Below, piece after piece: positions 1 through 12,083 of a stretch of 64,000 bases of DNA. Below the pieces are notes generated by a model. That model did not search any database. It was not told the DNA's origin and saw only the letters and a list, made by a program, of their open reading frames with translations. Position numbers and translations under genes: made by a program. Source of the DNA: Albugo candida (taxonomy: Eukaryota); contig JBDOQK010000054.1 of NCBI GenBank assembly GCA_040437565.1, positions 1 through 64,000 on the forward strand. Reading direction: 5' to 3'. Numbering within the stretch: the stretch's first letter is position 1; the number at the start of each line of letters is the position of its first letter.

Positions 1-797
1 GAATTTGAATAGGAAGCGCTTCCCTTGGTCGCATGGACATCTTGCGCACGCTAATGCTGCGTGCTCGTGTACACCATTGCAAATATAAGGACCTAATAAT
101 AAAAGCCGTGAGATAAAACAAATTCGATCAACATAAACCGTACCGATATAGGTTGTCACTCATAGCGCCAATTCATAGCAGGCTGATCCGTGTTGCACAG
201 GAGGATTTTGGATAAGCTCCTGCGTCTCTTTCCTCCATCCCAGGTGCCACATGATCTGCACTGCAACTCACGACATTGCCCTACAGGGATTACATAGAAG
301 TTTGAACGTAAAGCAACATAAACGAAATCATATTACTTTTCGCTAGAATATATACCTTGGCGTCGGACCTGACGGGAACCATCTGAGAGCCCCAAATGAC
401 TGCATGAGTCTACTGTCTGATACTACCATGCACCCGTTAGGTTTTGGAATGACAAAAATATTGTGACTTACTGAGTTCAGTTATAGAAGGTTACAATTAC
501 CAGCTGTTAACGAATTTCGTACCAGGCAACTTTCCATAATTGAATTATTATTGCGTTTTTCTAGATTTCTGCTAGATTTCTGCTAGATTCAAAAACAAAA
601 TTTTAAGTACACGGGGTTTTCTTCATGCAGTAACGATAATGCGCATAGTGAGTTATTAGACTGCTTTTTATTACAGTAATAATACTGATTATTTCTAGTT
701 CTCTACTAGATTTAGGGAATTGTTATATTCACTTCCTTCTTGGTTAAATTCACTCCCTTTCAAGTAAGGTGGCACACATAATTATACTTTGTATATA

Positions 798-975
798 TTT
801 TTGAGCACTCCGGTCAGAGGTAAGATATATTCATATAGGAGGTCCTTAGTTCACTTTACTAGCTAGTCTAAGCCTTCTCGTACCAGACGCCTACAGCCAC
901 TGATTTATTGTCCAATAGCTGATAGTTGATTAGCCTGATGTGTTCCACACTGGTTTAGGGACATCAGCTTCAATA
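798..975 (-). repeat. 3' LTR of the copia element
   Basis: 833-975 matches 4331-4471 with about 10 differences by eye. Preceded on the minus strand by the polypurine tract AGGGGGAG. Left boundary approximate. Confidence 0.85.
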
Positions 976-983
976 CTCCCCCT
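976..983 (-). other. Polypurine tract (AGGGGGAG) of the copia element
   Basis: Plus strand ctccccct directly abuts the LTR start, at the end of RNase H (..SSRGSIE). Confidence 0.85.
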
Positions 984-3900
984 GGACGATAAATTCTTGA
1001 TGTTGGACTTAATCAGAAGTTGCTCAAATTTCTTCGTCGATACTGGCTTGGTCAGGAAATCAGCTAGCAGAGACTTGGTTTCAATGTATTGAAGCTTGAT
1101 CTTTTTGGCCTCTATTTGTTCACGGACAAAATGGTACCGTATGTCGATATGTTTCGCTCGACTCTGGTACCCATCGTTGTTGTCAATTGCAATTGCACTT
1201 TGGTTGTCTTCATGAATAACCACTGAATTATCGATCCTCACCTTTAACTCTGATTATAAAATTTTTACCCACATGACTTCCTGTATGCATAACGAGATAG
1301 CGATGTACTGAGCTTCGGCTGTGCTGAGAGCCACACTCTGCTGTAGTTTTCATTTGAATATCACTGGAGAGTTGTTTATCACCACCATTATATCGTAGGT
1401 TGATCTTCTTGTCTCCTTGTCGCTTGCCCAATCCGCATTACTGTAAGCACTGACTTCGATATTTCCTGGCATAGCCTCATAACATATTCCTTTCATTGCG
1501 GTTGATTTCAAGTAACACAAAACACGGATTGCTGTATTCCAGTGTTGTTCACTTAGGTTGCTCCAGGTTTTGACTGAGCTGGCAAACCGTGAAAGCAATA
1601 TCCGGTCTTACGCCCGTTGCGATGTACAGAAGAGAGCCGACAAGTGAGCGATATGGTCCGTTTTCTATTCTCAAATCTTTTTCTTCTGATTTCGTTAAAA
1701 AAAGCCCCGAAACATTTGGATTATACACTGACTTCTCGTTTACTTGATTGAACTTCTCGACCATTCCCCGTATGCAACTCCTTGACTGATCTTCATTTGT
1801 CGCAATTCTTGTTTGTATTCCACTTCAATACCAAGGATAAATCGCACCTTTCCCAGAATCGTTATACTGAAGTGACTCGAAAGTTCGTTCGCAACTTTCT
1901 TGATCGAGTCGATGGTTTTGGCTCCGATCACCATGTCATCGACATAGTTCGTGACATAAAACCATGACTTGGAATCTTTGCGCACAAACATACATGAGTC
2001 TGAGAGATATTTTGTAAACCCCATCTGAGAAAATTAAGTTGATATTGTCTTGAACCAAGTCACAGCTGCTTGTTTAAGTCCATATAGACTTCGATTGAGC
2101 TTGAAAATATAGTTTGGTTTGTTTTCAACACCTTGAGGTGGATAGATGAACACATCATCTTCCAGATAACCGTTATAAAAGGTGGTATAAGCATCGTACT
2201 GATGAATGGTAAGCCCTTGATGGCAGCAAATTGCCAGGAAAATACATTGAGTTTAAATTCGCGACTGGGGAGTACGCATCTGTGTAGTCAACACCATAAG
2301 TTTGTCGATATCCGAGTGCCACCAATGCAACCTTAAACCGCTCAACTTCACCGTCTTCGTCTCGTTTGATTGTAAAAACCCATTTGGTTCCGATAGCCTT
2401 ATTGTCTGGGGGGTTTCGTTTCGGCCGCCCATGTTTGTTATTTTTGTTCAGTGCTTGAAGCTCGGCCTGAATTGCAGTATACCAAAATTCCGATTGAGGT
2501 GACACCAGGGCCTCTTGATAGGATGATGGAGCTTTTATCGCTGCATTCCCTTGTTCGTATTCGATAAGATATCTTTTGGATGGAAGGTTCATGGTATTAG
2601 AATTTCTTACTGGAACGATAGAAGTAGACGATTTCACTGGTACTATTGCTTGCGACGATTGTTTTGAGTGGAAGCTCCAGAGGGGCATCGTGCCCAATTT
2701 GAGGGTTTCCAGAAACCGGGTAGCTTTCGAGATTATCCAGTCTCCCCCTGGTCACAATGGCCTGAACTAGTGCTGAAATCGTCTTCCGCAAAATCCATTT
2801 GGACGTTGGGGATGTCTGGTAACCATCCAAAGAGCGCTGCCCCTGAGTCGAATATCTCGTCAGATCTTTGTTCGCATTTGTTGACGCTTCAGTCGGATCT
2901 ACATCCATGCTCTCGACATGCGGAATTGTCCTGATCGGTATTTGTTCGCTTACTTCGTCACACTGACAATCATTTCGATTTTGTTCGGATGATTTATCTC
3001 CAATAACAACCTGAACATATTTTGTCTCGGCTAATTCTTGAAATTGCGCTGAACGAGTAATCTCGATTTTCTGTGACTCAAAATTCGATACGCGGAATCC
3101 TTTCATATTGTCCGAGCATCCTAGGAACATACATTTGACCGCCTTCTTATCCAACTTCNNNNNNNNNNNNNNNNNNNNNNNNNNNNNNNNNNNNNNNNNN
3201 NNNNNNNNNNNNNNNNNNNNNNNNNNNNNNNNNNNNNNNNNNNNNNNNNNNNNNNNNNGTCCTTTTTCTGCTAATGCTGGGATAGATAGCAATCGGCGAT
3301 CCAAATCTGGTACATATAGTACATCTTCAATACGAATTGGAGTTTTGTTTTTCAGAATAACTGGAACTGAACCAATGCCTCCTGCTGAAACTTTGTTTCC
3401 ATTGGCAATAGAGATATACGTTTGGTTCTTGAGTGGTCGGAGTTCACTGAACTCTTCTTTGAATGAACACATATGGCTGCTTGCTCCATTATCGAGCAGC
3501 CAACCTTCAGCCATGTCTTCACACACTGTAAACGCTTGTTCATTGTACTGTTTCTTGTGTTTCACATTCTTCCAACACTCAGCCTTTTTATGTTCACTTT
3601 TGTTACAGTGATAACATTTTCCTTCGAATTTGCAAGTCTTTTGAATATATTTTCTTTCGTCAAATCTTTCCGACTTCTTCATTGCTTTTGCTTTTACAGC
3701 AATTTCTCCTGTCTCTTTTTTCACCAATAATGCATATTCCCGATGCAGCATTTCTTTTGCTTGAAAGAGATCCATCCCTTGGACATTTTCGATAGTTTTG
3801 ATTATGGGATCGTACTCATCCGAGACTCGCAAGCAATATTACTAATTGCTCATCCATACTAATTACATCTCCACAAGCCTGCATCGAAAGGTATAATTCA

Positions 3901-4275
3901 TCAAATTTCATAAAATGTTCCATAATATTCTGACTCTTTTCCTTTCGGAATTCATGAAGTCTTCACCGGTTTCATACTCTGTTGTGTATACTATTTCGAA
4001 GGTAAAAATTCTTCAGAATCTCCCATAACTGAGAGGCTGTACAAGAGCCTCTGATCATCGCCTGGAGACTCGGGCTGATTGAGATTAAAATGATTGCGAA
4101 GGCTTTAAGGTCGTTGACTTCCCAGATTTCCAAAGCTGCAGGATCTTCGCTGAGTGACCCTGACTTGTCGATATGATGCAGCAAACCCTTCTTCATCAGC
4201 TTCATACGCGCGTTGAACTCCCATGTAAAGTAATTGTCCTCATCAAGGAGTTCGTCGACCGCGTTCTGAGTATTT

Positions 4276-4287
4276 GGGCTCATAACC
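4276..4287 (-). other. Primer binding site GGTTATGAGCCC, complementary to the anticodon stem-loop of initiator tRNA-Met (half-tRNA priming); contains the gag ATG
   Basis: Plus strand reads gggctcataacc, the tRNAiMet anticodon-arm sequence, immediately inside the 5' LTR. The gag start codon is at 4283-4281. Confidence 0.85.
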
Positions 4288-4471
4288 TTTTTAGCACTTT
4301 AGATAAAATTTGGAAAGTAAGATATAGTAAATATAGGAGGTCCTTAGTTCACTTTACTAGCTAGTCTAAGCCTTCTCGTACTAAACGCCAAAGCCACTAA
4401 TTTATTGTCTAATAGCTGGAAGTTGATTAGCCTGATGTGTCCACACTGGTTCAGGGACATCAGCTTCAATA
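4288..4471 (-). repeat. 5' LTR of the copia element
   Basis: Direct repeat of 798-975, adjacent to the PBS. Confidence 0.85.
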
Positions 4472-7400
4472 AGATCTGATACCTATTCAAGTTCGTGCTC
4501 GCACTCGATTAATGTTTCCTGACATTAGAAAGACTCATAAAAAACAAAAGACCACTTCTAGATAAGTAGGCTCAACCTTAAGCACTTATCCTCCAATTCG
4601 AATGCGTGGATTCTAACATTATATTGCACATACATTGATGCCGCATATTTCTGGCAACTTTGCGTATAGCTAGGCGGGTGAAAATCATCTCCACCCGCTC
4701 AACGAGATTTATGGATTTCTATACACAACGGCCTTATACTTCATTTTACTATTACGCAATCGTAACACGTCAGAATGAAGCAATTTGTCTGAAATCTGGT
4801 TCCTTCTCATCAATGCTTTGGCAAGTATTGTCGATACATATCTTGAAGATCCATCTGTCGCTCGGTGAAAAGTAAAAAATACTTTTCACTCGCTTTGTTG
4901 TACTGTCCATTCTAGAAAAAATCACATCTTGTGCCATCTTACTTGTTTGTTTCATGTGCTCCCCATTCAGCTTAAAATAGAGAATTACACGAAAGCTGCC
5001 AGAATATGACATCAATGGTTGAATAGATTATAAAGATGTGCTACACGGCAATATGAATTTAGCTTCCCTTCGAACGATATGGCATGGTCTTTTTCTATAG
5101 TTGTGTATCGTACCGTCGATAGTTCAATTCTGGATAAAAGCGTGAGCATCAGGTGCCGCTCGGCTTCGCCACCATGAGCCGAACCACCCTGCACTAGAGG
5201 GTTTCCAGGAGTAGTAAGCAATACGTCGTATCTTTGTGAGACACCGTTCTTCCCTGTAGCATCGAAGAGCTCAATTTTGTTCCTCTCTTGGTCCCTATTT
5301 ATACAATCACATTAGCTACGTTTTAAAGTAACATTATCCTTCCATCTTGCAGACCGTCGACAGGGAGTTTTTCAAACATGTTTGTACTCTATTGACAGCT
5401 CCATTTGACGTAATCGAAAAGGATAACATAGGAAATTTTTGCGTCTTTCTCGTATCTTAAGTGCAAGGTTGGCATGCAGGAATAATCGTTTTAAATACAC
5501 TTCTGTTAAGCCATAATGCTCTGATGATCGGTGAGACCTATGCTGTTGCGACACGCGGTGTGTGCTAACATTTCATACCAATATGAAACGCAATAGCAAC
5601 TTCGATCTCTATATAGTAAGGTAAATCAAATGGTTTCCAGCGTGTCACGATGAATCAACTACGCATTTCCTCCTATACGATACAGTATTTTGACCATACT
5701 TCGAAAGAGATTTGGTTTTAATTAATCCGTGTCGCCTTTCTATTTATAGACAAGCATGATCATGTCAATACTTCGGTTTGGAACTGATGAGTGAAAAATT
5801 AACCTTCCTTGATACAATTCCACTTTCGCCTTTTCTTACTACCGAGATTCTCAAGACCGTCTCTGCGTCAACTCCGTCGAATTAACATCTGCATATCTGG
5901 AAATAGGCCAATATGAGACTTATTTCCTGTTTCGAAGATCGAGGAAGATAGTGTAAACCTGAGGTCGTACTTCTCCGCTGCATCATAGCAGATTTTCCAG
6001 TTTAAGGATCAAATGCTTTCTCGGTAAAGTATACACCGAACTTAGACGAAAGAGGAATCGGATTCCTTATTCTCAACACACAGAGCCCACTCGTCATGGC
6101 CCAAGAATTGCAGAATATAGTCGCCTAGGATGTCATTGAGACATTGGCATCAAATCCTGATATCCAATTGAACTTTACGTTTAAAGCAGCCGATAGCTCT
6201 TGCTCCTTGCTTGAAATTTTTTTTATTGGGATTAAAGTATACTCGAGCAAAAACGGGCAGCAAGACCCTTGCTGCTAAAAAAACATGAAGCTTTTTGAAG
6301 CAGTACATCGGAATGTATTAACGGCAGAACGTCTCGATGAGGTTATTTCAACCCTTCACAAAGGTGTGAATCAAGCGTGGAAGTCGAAAACGCTAGCGAT
6401 TCTGTCCACCTTTACTATTGGCTTTTTTAATATCCATTCCATGAACATCCGCTGAAAACATCAGCCTCCGTTCAGTTGATTGTCACGAGCTACAACCCAA
6501 TCTTAAAGCATGAGACTGTTCAATGCCAGGTTTATTGGTGAAAATTACATTTTTCTTTGGGCTCATCAAGTGCGATTCCACATGAAAAACGTTTTCGATC
6601 CCGAATTGACGATCTTTGATTCTAATTCGCACCTCAGTTGTATAATTTGATGTAATAACTGAACGTATCCGCAATGCTTCGTGTGATATCCGTATGTTGA
6701 AACATGAAGGTACGTTTGTGGGAATGAAAGCGATACCAGTCCGCGAATCTTACTTTTTCTGAGCTTTACACAATTGTATCAGAAAATCAATGGAACCAAT
6801 TCGGAATCGATATAAAGCTTTCTCTACCCATACCACTTGGGTGGGTAAACAGTATTATATCACTCAAATGCATGTTACATTGATCTTGTCCCATTCATAG
6901 CAGCGAGCACTCGTGATGTCAACTCTATTTCAGTCTACAACATCTAGCTGTCTCCTGGCTTTAAAAAGTAGAATCCGTGCTTTTAGTTTACTCGTTGACT
7001 CCTTGTAGCAGCAGCAGTGCTTGAAAACGGAAAGGAATACAATTGTCTGTGCTCTTGATGACAAAGTTTCTCCACTCCAAGATAGATTTTAAATTGGGTT
7101 GAAAGAGTGAATATTGGAAACAAAGGCTTTCTCTCCATTTCGAACAACATCCCAAGCTTTCTCGATATACGTAACTGCTAGGACAAGCTATGTTGGAAAA
7201 CCAAACAAATGCCACTCATCACATTACTGAGGGAGACCGTGTCGCCTTGGAGCGATGATATGAGCAACTGGTAGCCATAAAGGATTCCAATAAAGAGCAG
7301 GAAGAGATCTTTGATACCGATCCAATCCACAATTACAAATGTGTGGAAATTCTCGCTTTTTTGGGTATGTTGATCATCCGTGCTTTTTCGGAGCAATCCG

Positions 7401-7845
7401 TGATACAGAACCAAGAGTTAGAATCGGTATGGAATTCATCTAAAAGCATATTTGTTTCGCAATGCTGCCGGGCTCTCGTGCATGAGGTTTCTTCTCTAGA
7501 AAACGTTTCAGAAGATTTATAGCCGCAATAGCAAGACGCTTCACTGACTTTGGATGTGCAAAATTGTATGTGAGAAGATGTGAGGAAGAAATTGCGCACT
7601 TGAACAATTCTCTCTCCCGGAACTACTTGGTGAGATCGAATCCATCTGAACGATCCTGTTTGACAATGCCTCACGCCTTTTATCTTGGATTCATCATCCA
7701 TCAGGACGACTGCTCCAATTAATTACACTTCCACCCAGTTTTATTCATTGACACCACGATGAAAGAATATGCCAAACTTCGCCGAGATTATCAATGAAAA
7801 TACCTCAAAATTCCGAACTAGAGCCCACCTGTGAACACTGTGGAT

Positions 7846-7954
7846 TGTCAAGGATTTCATTACACTGTTTATCTGGTTTTTTAACTATCTTCCTTATCCT
7901 ATCATGAGTCCCTGACCGTGTGAATATCACTTAAGTCTGACTTCAAACCTAGGG
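7846..7954 (+). repeat. Dispersed repeat copy 1 (LTR-like, starts TGTCAAGG), truncated by a gap
   Basis: Near-identical to about 11771-11879 (tgtcaaggatttcattacactgtttatctgg...gacttcaaacctaggg). Confidence 0.75.
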
Positions 7955-10149
7955 NNNNNNNNNNNNNNNNNNNNNNNNNNNNNNNNNNNNNNNNNNNNNN
8001 NNNNNNNNNNNNNNNNNNNNNNNNNNNNNNNNNNNNNNNNNNNNNNNNNNNNNNCGAGTCTGAACATGTGGAAAAGATATGCAACATATCTTCTATAATT
8101 CGAAACACCAAGCGCATTTACGTGGATTCGGCTATTTTTCACAGCCATTAAGTTTCCAATCCGTCACGTTAACATTGGGCTTTTCAGAAAGAAACGAACC
8201 TAAAAATCTCAAAACGACACGTCTAAAAGAAGAAATACTGACGCTATCTGCATCTACGTCAACGTATGGGAAGATATCGAGCAGAAAGAAACGATCCAGA
8301 GTTGATTGAGTTGCAAGGCAGCATAAAAATACAATTGCATTCATCGATCTAGTATTTCGCCATCCATGACTATTTCAAGTCGAACAATCGCTATCCGCAT
8401 ATATTTGATGGAAACAGAAAGCATCAGGGATCCGTAGGCAGCTCGTGATAGCTATCGGATGCTTGATATATGTCGCTGTTCGACACTCGTTCCTTAAGGA
8501 GTTTCAACTCTCCATAATTTTACCAGTAAGATGAAGCCTTTAGTACAGTCTCATTGAGGCGCTAGAAATCAGCATTGTATTACAGTTATCGTCGTATTGA
8601 ATCAACGTCGTCGATGAAAGATAAGTAATTACCGAATTCTCTAGCCTACTAGCGGTAAAGGTCTCACGTCTAGTGATATTTCTCACGTAACTAGTTCAGT
8701 CATAGCAAGCATATTGAATTAGGAATACTGAATGCATCGAAGCGAGGAAATACTCCATCGGATTGTATCGGGTGCAAAAGAGATCTGACCATCTGTCAAG
8801 AGAGGATGTCACCGACAAGGAAATCAAAGGCTTGATCAAAAGCTGATACAAAATAAATTAAAACCGAGAAGAAGGTACTAGAATATCGAGATTTTACAAG
8901 AGATAGACATACAAAACAGAAAAAGGAGAATATAACAATTCTTGTTCAGCATTGAACCTGAGAAGCGCTGTTCACAATACAGGAAATGTATCGCTCCAAC
9001 ACTACATACTGGATGAAACGCAAGCAACCACGAGTACTTCTGAAGCCAAGTCATTCTTGAAAGAGTGTAATATTTTTATGGCAATATACTAAAAGCTCTA
9101 TATGCAAGCACGAGTGCTTCGTGTTATCATTTTTTCATGAGAAAGTATATTGCATCTAAAATAAGTTAACATACACGGTGCGTTAAATTCAGGTAATGCG
9201 TTTAAGCTGCACAATTTCAAGCCTCTGTGCATCCATGTGGAAACCAGTTGATACGCCTAATCATGGTTTTCACTATTCCAGACCGACAATTCAGTAAATA
9301 CAATTTTTGTCGGCGCCCCCAAACAGAAAGGACTTTTGCTGTCCGTGCCAACGTCTCCCGATACTAATCTCAGCAACCAAAAAGTTCAATCAGCCTAGTC
9401 GCGTTCAGTTTCTCGCTCGCTTGTCATATAATTGTTCTATTGCTTGTAGCTCCCTTCTCGGAAGCTGCTACGCAGTCTCATCGGATCGGATTGTCGACTT
9501 CACCCTACCTTCCTCGTTCTGACCAATTCTACGTGACTCACAAAAATTCAAGTATGCATCTTTTCTGTCTTGCTTCTGATTGTCCAAATTTTATGCATCC
9601 AACCTATATGGAAGAGGTCAAAATCGGAAAATGAGCAGATTGAAATCTATTAAATCTACAGAAAGAGTCACAAGAGAGAGTTCCAGAAAAAAACCACAAT
9701 ATAACTTCACAAACACTAAATTCATTGAACAAATAAAGAGATTAAGCGCATAGATACATGAAATGTCTATTGAATGGCACGTGCTCGTAGTTCATACCTA
9801 TTTTCGGAAATACTATGTATGATGGCCGACTGGCTGATCTGCGTCTGTAAAGGGAAGAACTTCCCCTTGATAAGAACTTCACCGGGTGCTTACGACAAAG
9901 TGCTGCTTGTTCTTCATGAAATGACTGATATCTAAAGAGAGAACGCGTTGGAATTGGTATATCTATACCTTCTTTGAGAGAAATCGTGCTAACCAAAAAC
10001 TATCTGAATGAAGCAGAAGACACTCTATCTCTGATAGTATGGATTTTGATCAATGAATCGAGAAATCTTGATAAGGAGTTGACTTTATCTCACAATGCTC
10101 GAATGACGAAACTGAACTTCCTCTCAATGTTAAAAAAATGATCTTTTGA

Positions 10150-10768
10150 GCAGGCAATGAGCCACGCTTCTCGTGGACCTTACTATTGCTCGATGCTCCT
10201 CGGACCCGAGCATATCGACACGACTCAGTTTTTCTTCCACATTGGATCGATATTGAATAATTACACTCGCCAACCAGCTGAAAGCAGCTCATTGGATTCG
10301 AAAGATAAAGGCCTGGGCATGCTCAACAAAGTTATTCATATCTGGTACCAGTTTCTGATTGGCAAAATTCATAATGGCTCTCTGATGAGCTGCTCGTAGT
10401 CAAAAATGCAGGAGGGAGCACGAATGCTCCAAGTTATCGCAGAGATTCACAAGAAACACAATGGGAGTACATAACGCCTGGACGGAAGAGTTTTACATGC
10501 ACGTGGCTTGATTGCAATCGAACACGGAATGCATAACGTAGCGTATGGATTTGTCGAATATGCCAACAATGTCTACCTCAAGACGCTGGTAAGTTTGACA
10601 CTGATCGCTTCGATATGTGATTCGATCGCTTGATTCGATCGCTTCGATATGTGATTCGGGATATCTGACAAACTGGCGATGCTGGGTGGTGATCATCCGG
10701 TGACTTAAGACGCGCAAAACGTGTTGTCTTTCATCCAAGAAAGTATACCGAACGCAAAGCTCGATTAA
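10150..10768 (+). pseudogene. ZMYND12/p38-like (axonemal, TPR-like) protein, C-terminal fragment with in-frame stops
   Basis: Translation YYCSMLLGPEHIDTTQFFFHIGSI..GMLNKVIHIWYQFL..*SKMQEGARMLQVIAEI..*..LKTLG, then GTAAGT at 10589 and GGDHPVT*. This resembles the ZMYND12 pattern IYFAS..FGTEDIRTSGGYFHLA..KVSEIW..EAIRIL, recalled from memory. Confidence 0.55.
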
Positions 10769-10878
10769 AGAATCATCAGTTTGGGTCAATCTCTCATGCA
10801 ACCTGATCAGTTGAAAAATAATTAAAAAAAAAAAAAAGAGCTGAACGGCATTCTTGGGTCTTGGTGTATTAATTGTAT

Positions 10879-11643
10879 TTAAAATTGATCTTTTTTCTGT
10901 CTCAAAATACGCAAGACTTCGACCGGATCTTCATGGCCCGTACTTGCTCTAACCGTGGGCTCATGGACCCGCATAAACGAATTTGTGGCGAGTTCTTCGC
11001 GAACACTGGACGGAATCGTACACATTTGTGTTTCTTCCCATGAAAGTTTCTTCATCACGTCGATATTTCCAGGTTCTATAGACGCAGCAAATCGTAAATT
11101 CTTCAAAGTGTATTCATGTCCGCAGTAGATTTTCGTGTCAAGTGGCAGTTTACCGACTACATTATTCAGTGCATGATGCATTTCCGCGGGGGTTCCTTGA
11201 AATAGGCGACCACAACCGGCGATAAAAAGCGTATAACCGGTGAAGAGGACATCTTGGCAGTGTTAAAGGACATGTCCACGCGTGTGGCACGGAGTGTGGT
11301 ATGCTTTTACTTCTAATTGTCCGATAGAAATCACGTCTTGGTCACTCAGTAGATTCGTCGCAGCTTGGACATCATCTCCAATCCCACCAAACACAGAAAT
11401 AACCTCATTCACATCCTCACGCTCTGAAAGTAGCCGAACGAGATCTTCATTGCCACCAGCGTGATCCCAGTATCTATTAGTTGTGAGAATGGATACAATT
11501 CTTACATTGAGCGCAATTGCTTTCTCGTACACTCGTTTTGCATCGACGGGATCAATTGCAGCTGCGACGTTATTCGCTTTGTCGATTAGAAGATACGCAT
11601 GATTATCCTTAAGAACCGGAATTGGAACCACTTGACAGCTCAT
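10879..11643 (-). pseudogene. HAGH: Hydroxyacylglutathione hydrolase (glyoxalase II) pseudogene
   Basis: Full-length frame: VPIPVLKDNHAYLLID, WDHAGGN, HTPCHTRGHVL*, LFTGYTLFIAGCGRLFQG, YCGHEYTLKNLRFA, TIPSS..ELATNSFMR, LRQKKDQF. One in-frame TAA at 11265-11263. Metal-binding motif THxHxDH reads TNRYWDH, and GDT reads GYT. Confidence 0.92.
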
Positions 11644-11770
11644 TTGTATATTCCGCTTCTATTTCAGTACATTTCCCGCTTAAAACCCTTTTTCTGCACG
11701 ATTTAACACTATCCTCAGCCAGGAATCCTTTTTTTTTAATTCTGTAACCGAGCATAGCACATCTGTACAT

Positions 11771-12083
11771 TGTCAAGGATTTCATTACACTGTTTATCTG
11801 GTTTTTTAGCTACCTTCCTTATCCTACTATGAGCCCTTCACCGTGTGAATATCACTTAAGTCTGACTTCAAACCTAGGGAGGCAGATATTTTCCAAGCTT
11901 ATTGCTTGGGTGGGCTNNNNNNNNNNNNNNNNNNNNNNNNNNNNNNNNNNNNNNNNNNNNNNNNNNNNNNNNNNNNNNNNNNNNNNNNNNNNNNNNNNNN
12001 NNNNNNNNNNNNNNNNCCGTACTCCTATCCCACATCAATAGGCTCTTCCTGGTGCCGGTCTCTCACCACGAACACGTGTGACA
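11771..12083 (+). repeat. Dispersed repeat copy 2; possible solo LTR (TGTCA...TGACA) spanning a gap
   Basis: Matches 7846-7954. Sequence after the gap ends in gtgtgaca, an inverted match to the starting tgtca. No clean TSD. Confidence 0.55.

Larger units (their letters stand above)
798..4471 (-). mobile_element. Ty1/copia LTR retrotransposon, near full length, degenerate (frameshifts/stops; integrase core falls in the gap 3159-3258)
   Basis: Minus-strand ORF pieces in copia order: gag (MSPNTQ..LDEDNYFTWEFNARMKL, zinc knuckle CYHCNKSEHKKAEC), protease (WLLDNGASSHMC), integrase C-terminus (KLDKKAVKCMFLG), RT (AIGTKWVFTIK, NYVDDM, YRSLVGSLLY), RNase H (YSNADWA, EDNQSAI, KHIDIRYHFVRE, ADFLTKP). 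Direct repeats at both ends. Confidence 0.95.

Noticed and set aside
462..776. Possible solo LTR or MITE (tgtgac..ggcaca ends, internal ctagatttctg tandem, gggaattg resembling the MULE TIR)
   Set aside because: Only short imperfect terminal matches, with no second copy, PBS or TSD in the window.
10603..10660. Short repeats gatcgcttcgatatgtgattc, superficially CRISPR-like
   Set aside because: Two to three adjacent copies in a probable intron, with no unique spacers or cas genes.
10824..10837. Poly(A) tract suggesting a retrocopy of glyoxalase II
   Set aside because: It is on the wrong strand for that gene, and the plus-strand neighbour appears to keep an intron.
11263..11265. Stop-codon readthrough or recoding in glyoxalase II
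   Set aside because: Catalytic ligands are also lost and intact genes in the window end in TAA, so ordinary pseudogenisation is simpler.
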